The position numbers were made by a program, and so were the translations under genes. The notes below the pieces were generated by a model. The model made no database searches and was not told where the DNA came from. It saw only the letters and a list, made by a program, of their open reading frames with translations. DNA of 64,000 bases from an uncultured Brevifollis sp. (GTDB lineage Bacteria > Verrucomicrobiota > Verrucomicrobiia > Verrucomicrobiales > Verrucomicrobiaceae): the NCBI GenBank assembly GCA_964588755.1, contig CAZPSQ010000002.1, positions 2,877-66,876 of the forward strand, written 5' to 3'. Of this stretch, positions 27,361 to 35,161 are shown one piece after another. The first letter of the stretch is position 1. Each line of letters opens with the position of its first letter.

Positions 27361-28740
27361 TCAGTCCACCAGCCGCACCACCGGCTTTGGCTTGGTGGCC
27401 GCAGTGTTGTCGATGGAGGCGGCATTGGCGCTGAAAATCTTGCCGCCCGCCGCTGTGGTGGAGGGCTGCAGCCCGGTGTCGTTCCAGGTAAGGCCGCTTT
27501 TGGCAAACATCATGCCAGTGGTCAGGGTCAGCACGCCCCCGCCCTTGATGGTGACGACGTCCGCGCCTTCCTGGCCATTGTTGTTGTCAGACACCACCAG
27601 TTGCAGCACTCCTTTGCCGTAGGTCTTGCCGCCCTGGCTGGCGGCGCGGTCGGGAATGTTCATCACCATCGCCGCGATAAACACCTCCGAGGCACTCGCC
27701 GTGCCCTCATCCTGCAGGATGGAAATCTGCGCCGGCTTCAGTTCCGCCGGCTGCTCGGCCACGATCTTCCGCACAGGAAAACCACGCTCCACCACGGTCA
27801 CGATCTCCGCGTCCGCATCCAGAAAGAGCCGTGCCAGATCCACCGCGCCCATCAGGGAGCCACCTTGGTTGCCGCGCAAGTCCACCGTCATGAGCCGCGC
27901 GGAGGTGAGGCCCTCCGCCGCCAGGGCCTGCATGACCGCCTGCCCCATGCCCGCCTCAAACCGCCGCACGCGCAGCACGACCCCGCCGGTGTCTTTTTCA
28001 ATGCGGAACGCCGGGGAGAGCGCCGCCGCCTCCCGCGTGATGGCCAGCAGCTGCTGCCTGCCGGTGCTTTTCTCAATGCGCAGCTTTACCTCGGTGCCGG
28101 GCGCGCCTTTGATCCACGTGGCCAGCAGATCCACCGACTGGCCTTTCACCGGCCGGCCATCCACTGACACAAGCTTGTCCCCCGGGCGAATGCCGGACAA
28201 GGCCGCCACGCTGTCTGGAAACGGGTAGCAGTAAAAGAGGCCGTCGCGCTCCTTCAAGCTCATGCCAATGCCGCTGCCGGGAGAGGCGCGGGCCTTGTCA
28301 ATGCGGGCGGCGTCCTCCGCCGTCTCATAGCGGGTGTAGGGGTCTATCTTGCGGCAGTAGGCTGCCAGCGCCGCCTCTGCCAGCTCCACCGGGGCCAGCC
28401 GCTGCCCAGGCAGGGCCGCCAGCTGGGCCAGGTGGGTCCGTGCTCCCAGCAGGGCCTCCGCCTCCGTCTTCTGCACCAGGTCAGGCGCCGGAGGAATGTC
28501 CGTGCCGGAAATGATGCCCGAGGCATGCAGCTCCGCCAGGGAACGGCTGATCACCGTGGCCGCAGTGAGCGGGAAATAACAGCGTTTCTCAATGACGCTG
28601 GCGCACTCGCGCAGGGTCTCCACCGCCGCGTCCAGCTCACGCTCATCCGCCTGGGCAAACATGAGCCTGGACGGCAGCAGGGCGAACACCAGCATCGCTG
28701 CCAGCATCCATCTGCTGTGAATCCCGTGGTGGCCCGTCAT
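27361..28740 (-). CDS. S41 family carboxyl-terminal processing protease (CtpA/Tsp-like) with PDZ domain
   Basis: DPYTRY, GIGM, GDKLVSVDG (PDZ), DLRGNQGG, catalytic TASASE and TYGKG; signal peptide. Confidence 0.9.
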   Translation of the reverse strand: MTGHHGIHSRWMLAAMLVFALLPSRLMFAQADERELDAAVETLRECASVIEKRCYFPLTAATVISRSLAELHASGIISGTDIPPAPDLVQKTEAEALLGARTHLAQLAALPGQRLAPVELAEAALAAYCRKIDPYTRYETAEDAARIDKARASPGSGIGMSLKERDGLFYCYPFPDSVAALSGIRPGDKLVSVDGRPVKGQSVDLLATWIKGAPGTEVKLRIEKSTGRQQLLAITREAAALSPAFRIEKDTGGVVLRVRRFEAGMGQAVMQALAAEGLTSARLMTVDLRGNQGGSLMGAVDLARLFLDADAEIVTVVERGFPVRKIVAEQPAELKPAQISILQDEGTASASEVFIAAMVMNIPDRAASQGGKTYGKGVLQLVVSDNNNGQEGADVVTIKGGGVLTLTTGMMFAKSGLTWNDTGLQPSTTAAGGKIFSANAASIDNTAATKPKPVVRLVD

Positions 28741-28743
28741 TAT

Positions 28744-28980
28744 TTAGTCTTTGAGGCGGTCACGCTGCGCCTGCAGGCTGCTCTTGCGCTGCTGCTGGCG
28801 GTAGTTGTCCGACCTCAGGTTGCGCAGCGTGTTTTCACGCTCCTCAATGCGGTAGTCGGCCTTCGTCTGCGACCAGCCGAAAAGGCCGCCCTGGGTGGGA
28901 TCCCCCGTCGTCTCACAACTGACGAGGGACAGGGATGAGGCAGTCAGAAGCAGCAGACTGAACGTACGTGTGAATGACAT
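28744..28980 (-). CDS. Small lipoprotein (TTGDP..GGLFGWS type) with coiled coil
   Basis: Lipobox LVSC; ETTGDPTQGGLFGWSQTKA; 3-nt gap to the S41 gene. Confidence 0.8.
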   Translation of the reverse strand: MSFTRTFSLLLLTASSLSLVSCETTGDPTQGGLFGWSQTKADYRIEERENTLRNLRSDNYRQQQRKSSLQAQRDRLKD

Positions 28981-29040
28981 GGGTATATCCTTTTTTGGAG
29001 GTTACGCACATTAACGGAATGGCGGGGGCGCCCGGCCTTA

Positions 29041-29676
29041 TCAAACGTCGATTTCGCGGTTCAGGCTGGCGAGGCGGTCGTAGTTGCTGGACATCGTGCC
29101 GCGGGTCTTGCGCAGGCTGATGACCTCCTGCTTCAAGCCTGGGCTGTTGGCCTGGGTCAGCACTTCCTGCTGGGCGTTGATCTGATTGTCGAGCTTCTTG
29201 AGCTCCTTGGAAGACTCATTCTGCAGCTGGCGGATCTCAGCCTTCTTCTGCTGCAGCAAGCGGGTGTTGCCGGAAGACTTGGCGCTGGCCACTTCAGACC
29301 GGAGCCTGGAAATCTGCGAGCTCAGGCTGCTGTTGTAGGCACGGGCACGACGGTTGGCAGCGCGTGCTTCGTTGATGCGCTCATCCAGCATCTTCTCCGT
29401 GTAGGCATATCTGGCTTTCTTATTGGCCACATTGCTGCCGTAGGCATAGCCACCAGCACCACCAGCGGCGGCGCCCACGGCGGCGCCCGTCAGGATGGCG
29501 CCCGAGCCTTTGCCAGTCAGGGCGCCGATGCCGGCACCTGCCAGAGCTCCCAGAACGGACCCTGCCAGGGCACCTTCGGTGCGGGTGCGGCGGCCGTCAT
29601 CCTTGATGTTGGTGCAACCGCCCAGAAGAGAGGCCAGAGTAACTGCGACTGTGAGACGAATGATGCGAGCGCTCAT
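29041..29676 (-). CDS. Glycine-zipper lipoprotein with coiled-coil C-terminus
   Basis: ATG 29676 gives MSARIIRLTVAVTLASLLGGC; GxxxG zipper GALAGSVLGALAGAGIGALTG..GAAVGAAAGGAGG; heptad-rich tail ending REIDV. Confidence 0.88.
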   Translation of the reverse strand: MSARIIRLTVAVTLASLLGGCTNIKDDGRRTRTEGALAGSVLGALAGAGIGALTGKGSGAILTGAAVGAAAGGAGGYAYGSNVANKKARYAYTEKMLDERINEARAANRRARAYNSSLSSQISRLRSEVASAKSSGNTRLLQQKKAEIRQLQNESSKELKKLDNQINAQQEVLTQANSPGLKQEVISLRKTRGTMSSNYDRLASLNREIDV

Positions 29677-29835
29677 GAGTGTTAGTGGGGGGGTTAAGGA
29701 ATCCCGCGTGATCAAATCATAACCGAGGGCGGTTGACCACTTCTTTTCTCTCCACTTGTGAAAACTACAGCAGAACCTCATTCTGCGTCCAGACCCACAT
29801 CACGGGCAGGTTCATGCTCATGCCGCAGCCAAAGA

Positions 29836-30393
29836 TCAAACGTCGATCTCGCGGTTCAGGCTGGCGAGGCGGTCGTAGTTGCTGGACATCGTGCCACGCG
29901 TGCTGCGCAGGCTGATGACCTCTTGCCTCAGCGTGGAGTTGGACTCCTGGTTGAGCACATTCTGCTGAGCTTTGATCTGGCCGTCCAGCTTCGCCAGTTC
30001 CTGGCTGTTTTCCTTCTGCAGCTTCTGGATCTCCGCCTTTTTCTGCCGCAGCTTGTTGGTGTCGCCAGAGGCCTTGGCGCTGGCCACTTCGGAACGCAGC
30101 CGGGAAATTTTGGAGCTCAGGCTGCCGTTGTAGCTGCGAAACCGGCGATTGGCAGCGCGGGCTTCTGCAATGCAGGCGTTCAGCCACTTCTCCGAGGAGG
30201 CATAGGCGCTCTTTGCGCGAACCACACTTTTGCCATAGGCACGGCTGGCAAAGTCGCCCACAGCACCACCTGCTGCGGCGCCCGCCTGAAGCGCGCTCGA
30301 TCCACTCTTCTTCAGAGCGTCGATGTTGGTGCAGCTGCCCAGCAGGGCACCCATCAGGGCTGCGGCCGTGAGACGAATGGTGCAGGCACTCAT
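29836..30393 (-). CDS. Lipoprotein, tandem paralog of 29041..29676 with shortened glycine zipper
   Basis: Lipobox LGSC; last 18 aa identical to the neighbour (TRGTMSSNYDRLASLNREIDV region). Confidence 0.85.
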   Translation of the reverse strand: MSACTIRLTAAALMGALLGSCTNIDALKKSGSSALQAGAAAGGAVGDFASRAYGKSVVRAKSAYASSEKWLNACIAEARAANRRFRSYNGSLSSKISRLRSEVASAKASGDTNKLRQKKAEIQKLQKENSQELAKLDGQIKAQQNVLNQESNSTLRQEVISLRSTRGTMSSNYDRLASLNREIDV

Positions 30394-30545
30394 AAGTGTT
30401 AGTAGGGGGGCGCGTTAGACCCTGGCGATCAAATCATATGCCGGGGCAGTTGACCACTTCTTTTCTCGCATGGGTTAAAAACAGTGACGTCTCCAATTCC
30501 CGCGTGCGCGATGAGAAAAACGTACTCTCATCTGCTGTCATCATC

Positions 30546-33455
30546 ATGAAAGGCCACATTTCCGTCTGCGCCAGCGGCGCGCCCGCCAATCACTACACGC
30601 TCAGCAACGCGACCCTTGCCCTGGGCTCCGCCCCGGAGTGTGACATTTGCGGCGCAGGGATGCTCCCGGAGCACGCGCGGCTCGCCTGGGATCAGCGCTC
30701 CGCCACCTGGGTGCTCACACCCTCCTCTCCCGTGGCCGGCCGCTCCATGCGTGTGAATGGCGTGCCGGTCTCCACCCCGGTGTATCTCCAGCACGCGGAC
30801 ATTATCGAGATGCCGGATGTCTACATCCGCTTCCAGCGCGTGGCGGAGCCGGCCTTGTTTGGGGGCCAGCCTGCGGACGAGCTGCGCCTGGCCAAGCTCA
30901 CCAAGGTCCTCATCGGCCGTGACACCGGCGCCAACGATGATCCCGCCAAGCTCTCGCTGGATGCTGAGGACTCCTCCATCTCCCGCGAGCATGTGCTCAT
31001 GGAGAAAAACGCGGAGGGGGACTGGATCGCCACCGACAAAAGCCAGGCAGGCACCCCGCTCAATGACCAGTTCTTCCACCAGAAAAAGCTGGAGGTGGGG
31101 GACCGCATGCGCGTGGGCAGCTACACCTTTGAGTTCACCGGCCACTCCCTGCGCCGTGTGCCGCGCACCACGGGCGGGCAGGTGAAGGCGCGCAACATCG
31201 CCGTCATTCTCAAGTCCGGCCGCGCCATTCTGCGGGACGTCACGCTGGACATCGAGCGCTGCACCTTTGTCGGCATCGTAGGCGGCAGCGGCCAGGGCAA
31301 GTCCACCTTGCTCAATGCACTGTGCGGCATCAACCCCGCCACGGATGGCTGCGTTTACATCAATGATGTGCCGTTGAATGACACGCGGCAGATGGCCGCC
31401 GCCGGCATCGGCTTTGTGCCGCAGGATGACATCGTGCACATGGAGATCACCGTGGAGGAGGCGCTGCACTTCAGCGCCCGCCTGCGCCTGCCGCCGGAGA
31501 CACCCCAGCGCGCCATCAACAGCCTGGTGGATGAGACGATCGACCGCCTGGGCCTGGCGGAGCACCGGCTGAAGCGCATCTCCCAGCTCTCCGGCGGCCA
31601 GCGCAAGCGCGTCAGCATCGCCACGGAGCTGCTCTCCCGCCCTTCCGTGCTGTTTCTGGACGAGCCCTCCTCCGGCCTAGACCCCGCCACCGAGTTCTCC
31701 CTCATGAGCCTGCTCAACAGCCTGGCCAAGACCTGCACCGTGGTCTGCACCACGCACGTGCTGGAGAACGCGCAGCTCTTTGACAAGCTCATCTTTGTGC
31801 AGGACGGCCACGTGGTCTGTGACGTGGACACCGAGAATGCCGGCGCCAAGAAGGACGACCCCGCGCTGGACATGGAGGACACGCATCACCGCTCCATCAC
31901 CAACAGCTCGGAATTCCGCCTGCGCTCCGCCTCCGAGATGGCGCTGGAGTATTTCCGCGTGCCCAGCCTGCTGAAGGTTTACCAGCTCTTCGCCACGCGC
32001 AAAGACGAGGGTGGCAAGACTGGCGCGGAATGGCAGGCCGCCTTCAAGCAGCAGGACAACCGCCGCGAGCGCCCCGACTTCGGCAGCCCCAACACCGAGG
32101 TCACCACCACCAAGAAAGGCGCGGAGCGCGGCGGTGGCTATCTGCGCAGCCTGCTAGTCCTCCTGGCACGCCAATGGGCCATCCTGCGCGCGGATCCGCT
32201 GAACCTCGTCTTCCTGGCCGCGCAGCCGCTGCTCATCGCGGTGCTTGTGGGCTGGGTGGCGGATGGCGCGGTGCTCCGCTCCTTCCTCTGCATCGTGGCC
32301 ACGCTGTGGTTCGGCTGCAGCAATGGCGCGCAGCAGATCGTGCGTGAGATCCCCATCTACCGCCGGGAGCGCGTGTGCGGCCTGGGAGCCAACTGCTACC
32401 TGCAAAGCAAGTATGTCTTCCTCGGCGCGGTGACCACGCTGCAGGCGCTGCTGCTCTTCATCGTCACCCTCTCCGTGGCCCATGTCTTCCATCCGCTGGA
32501 TTTGGACAAGGAGGTCTTTCGGGACAAGATGACCGCGCGCCTCCACCCGCCCGCCGCCACGACCTCCAACGAGGCCGAGTTTGCCGTGGTGGAGCAGGGC
32601 CAGGAACAGCACCCGGAGGCGGCGGACACAGGCGCGCTCGAAGCCTCCATGGCGGAGGAAAAGAACCGCAGGAACTCCTTTGCGGTGAGCACGGTTGTGC
32701 ATCTGGGCACCTTCTTTGAGATTGCGGACAATCTGATGGAAGCCACCGAGCCGCTGGAGGACCAGTCGCGCGAGTCCGGCCTCTCCGCGCCGTTGACTCT
32801 TTCCCGCGTGTTCGTCTTCACCGTGGGCCTGCGTCTGCTGGCCTTGATCACCACCGCGCTCGTCGGTGTGGTCATCGGCCTGGCCATCTCCGCCCTGGTG
32901 CAGAACAGCACGCAGGCCGTTCTGTGGGTGCCGCTTGTGCTCATCCCGCAGATTCTTTTCGGCGGTTTTGTCGTCACCCGGCCGGAGATGACGACCTCCG
33001 TGCGTGGCGCCAGCATCGTGGTGCCCAGCTACTGCGCGCAGCGGATCATGGACGTGGCCCACCTCTTCGGCCAGTCCACCCCGCGCATGTCCAACCGCAC
33101 CCGCTATCCCGTTTTCCTAACCCCTGGCGGGGAGCGCGAGACCATCGAGTGGGAGACGCTGGATGGCACCCGGAGCGAGAACTACGACAAGGTCTCCCCC
33201 CACAACAAATCCTGGCAAAACCTTGTGGTCTTCCCCGGCCATGCAGGAGAGCACATCAATCTCTTCGACATGACCCGCGGTGTGAAAAAGTACCAGGAGA
33301 GCGTGGAGGAGCGCGGTGACGTCCGCTACCCCATGGGGATCATCTACCGCAATCTGCAGCCGGGCTGGATGGCCCTGGGCACGCTGAGCCTCTGGATTGC
33401 CAGCTGCTACGGCATCACCTGGTTCGGCCTGCTGCGCCAGCAGCGGCGCAAGTGA
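30546..33455 (+). CDS. FHA-FHA-ABC ATPase-ABC2 permease fusion (Rv1747/ABCG-like exporter)
   Basis: Degenerate FHA (LGSAPECDI..EHA); canonical FHA (IGRD..ISREH..SQAGT.LN); Walker A GGSGQGKST, LSGGQRKR, FLDEPSSGLDP, TTH; TMD with WFGCSNGAQQIVREIPIYRRER and LIPQILFGG. Start taken at ATG 30546. Confidence 0.92.
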   Translation: MKGHISVCASGAPANHYTLSNATLALGSAPECDICGAGMLPEHARLAWDQRSATWVLTPSSPVAGRSMRVNGVPVSTPVYLQHADIIEMPDVYIRFQRVAEPALFGGQPADELRLAKLTKVLIGRDTGANDDPAKLSLDAEDSSISREHVLMEKNAEGDWIATDKSQAGTPLNDQFFHQKKLEVGDRMRVGSYTFEFTGHSLRRVPRTTGGQVKARNIAVILKSGRAILRDVTLDIERCTFVGIVGGSGQGKSTLLNALCGINPATDGCVYINDVPLNDTRQMAAAGIGFVPQDDIVHMEITVEEALHFSARLRLPPETPQRAINSLVDETIDRLGLAEHRLKRISQLSGGQRKRVSIATELLSRPSVLFLDEPSSGLDPATEFSLMSLLNSLAKTCTVVCTTHVLENAQLFDKLIFVQDGHVVCDVDTENAGAKKDDPALDMEDTHHRSITNSSEFRLRSASEMALEYFRVPSLLKVYQLFATRKDEGGKTGAEWQAAFKQQDNRRERPDFGSPNTEVTTTKKGAERGGGYLRSLLVLLARQWAILRADPLNLVFLAAQPLLIAVLVGWVADGAVLRSFLCIVATLWFGCSNGAQQIVREIPIYRRERVCGLGANCYLQSKYVFLGAVTTLQALLLFIVTLSVAHVFHPLDLDKEVFRDKMTARLHPPAATTSNEAEFAVVEQGQEQHPEAADTGALEASMAEEKNRRNSFAVSTVVHLGTFFEIADNLMEATEPLEDQSRESGLSAPLTLSRVFVFTVGLRLLALITTALVGVVIGLAISALVQNSTQAVLWVPLVLIPQILFGGFVVTRPEMTTSVRGASIVVPSYCAQRIMDVAHLFGQSTPRMSNRTRYPVFLTPGGERETIEWETLDGTRSENYDKVSPHNKSWQNLVVFPGHAGEHINLFDMTRGVKKYQESVEERGDVRYPMGIIYRNLQPGWMALGTLSLWIASCYGITWFGLLRQQRRK

Positions 33456-33522
33456 GCCGCCCCACGCCTGCGGGAGGCGGCACTGGTGCTGCTTCCCTGA
33501 GGGGAGGCACGACGCATCGGTG

Positions 33523-34704
33523 TCAGATGGCGCATCCGCCGGGAGGCTGGATGTCCCGGTCCGGCGCCGGCGGCCACGTCCCCGGCGGAAGCGGCGTCCG
33601 GGTTGAAAGAGCCTGCGCGATCTCACCTGGGTCAATGTGCGTGATGCAGCACGGCTCGGGCAGCGTGCAACGCCACTGGCATTGGTAACAGCCCATGGCG
33701 TGGTGCAGCCATGTCTGGCGTGCGCTCCTCCGCCATGGGGCAAACATCCCAAAATGCCCTCCTCCGAGCATGAAGACACCCGGCTTGTCCAGAGCGGCCG
33801 CGATATGAGCCGGCGCGGAGTCAGGCGCAAGCACGACGCCTGCTGCGGCGATGAGATTGACCAGAGCCTCCAAGTCCCCTGGAACGACCCACTCAACCTC
33901 CTGGATTTGCCTGCTCTCCAGGGCATCCTTCCATGGTCGCCTGTCTGCTCCGGGCGGCAGGCACCATTGCACACGCATGTCAGGCCGTTCTTGCAGGCAC
34001 AGCCGGATGGCAGAGGCAAGGTGGTCTGCCGGATATTGGCGGAGTGAGTCCCCCGCGACCGGACACACAAGCAGCGGCCCGCCCTCCCTGACCACGGCGT
34101 TCCGAAGCGCAGGGATCATCTCATGGACCCCTATGCTGGAACCCAGGACACTTTCCACAACGCGACGGTGAGCCTCCAACTCCAGACAAGCGGAGGGCGA
34201 TGCCTCCGGGTAGGGGCTGAACTGGCATCGGGGGAAAGACAAACTCGTGTTTTCTTTGCTGCCCCCCCACCGTGAGGCATGGCAGCGCCTGGCGTCGATC
34301 ATCATGGCGATGGCATGCAAATAGTCCGAGTGCTGATGGCGCAGGCAAACGAGATGCTCAGTGGCGATGGCTCGAAGCCCGGCAGCATGCCGCATGAGGG
34401 TTATCACAAAATCCGGCCAAAACCGCCCGCAAAATGGTGGCATCACCAGCAGCGTGGCAGCCGGAAACTCCATACGGTACAGCGGGGCCGCGATGGGGGA
34501 GACGATCAGCAGGGTTTCCTCCTCCGGGAAAGCGGAAACCAGTTTTTTCACAGCGCCCAACGACAGCACCGCGTCGCCCAGCCTGTCCAGTTTCAGAATG
34601 GTGAGACGATGAAACCGACGAGGGCGAGGGCGCACGGACATCCGCAACACGGCGACGACGAGACGATAAACGAGTGTCCTCGCAGCCCGGAATGCCTTGC
34701 TCAT
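33523..34704 (-). CDS. Glycosyltransferase family 9 (heptosyltransferase-like)
   Basis: KLDRLGDAVLS, DSAPAHIAAALDKP, C-terminal CYQCQWRC..C cluster. Confidence 0.88.
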   Translation of the reverse strand: MSKAFRAARTLVYRLVVAVLRMSVRPRPRRFHRLTILKLDRLGDAVLSLGAVKKLVSAFPEEETLLIVSPIAAPLYRMEFPAATLLVMPPFCGRFWPDFVITLMRHAAGLRAIATEHLVCLRHQHSDYLHAIAMMIDARRCHASRWGGSKENTSLSFPRCQFSPYPEASPSACLELEAHRRVVESVLGSSIGVHEMIPALRNAVVREGGPLLVCPVAGDSLRQYPADHLASAIRLCLQERPDMRVQWCLPPGADRRPWKDALESRQIQEVEWVVPGDLEALVNLIAAAGVVLAPDSAPAHIAAALDKPGVFMLGGGHFGMFAPWRRSARQTWLHHAMGCYQCQWRCTLPEPCCITHIDPGEIAQALSTRTPLPPGTWPPAPDRDIQPPGGCAI

Positions 34705-35161
34705 GGCCTTCGTGCCCTCCTTGGGCGCCCGGCCCGCCTCCTGATCCGGCCCGGCAGAAATGGCCGCATGGCCACACGCGGGCCGTGCTTGTCACACACA
34801 TGCGTCGCCACCTTCCCCGGGGCGAGGTTGGCCACCAAACTCACGGCGGACATCAGACCGGCACCATCACAGGCCTGTCCGGCAAGCTCCCAGACCATGC
34901 GCCATGCGCCATGCCCGTCCTCATGGACACCGCCACACAGCCCGCCAGACTTTGCCAGGTGCCGGTGCCGCCTCCCCTGGGCAGCAAGCTTCCGGCCTCG
35001 ACGGATGAGAAGCGGGACCGGGGACGGGCAGGCTGGGCGCACAGCATCCATACGCGAATGCATCCACCTGGATTCAACGGATGTCAAAAACCAGGCGGAT
35101 GCAAAAAGCCGAAGGGGATGAGTGTGCTTTTCGCCGCCTCCCAGCAGGGCTGGTGAAGGGG

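Larger units (their letters stand above)
29041..30484. repeat. Tandem duplication of a lipoprotein gene plus its upstream region
   Basis: 29041-29100 vs 29836-29895 differ at 1 of 60 nt. Upstream blocks GATCAAATCATA-N10-GTTGACCACTTCTTTTCTC occur at 29710-29750 and 30427-30467. Confidence 0.9.

Noticed and set aside
18088-33455. Type VI secretion system locus
   Set aside because: FHA, kinase and lipoprotein genes are present, but no Hcp, VgrG, TssB/C, TssL/M or ClpV is recognisable.
34701-35087. 128-aa ORF with an ATGA overlap to the GT9 gene
   Set aside because: No recognisable motif and Arg-rich composition; the overlap arises automatically from ATG-AGC. It cannot be fully excluded.
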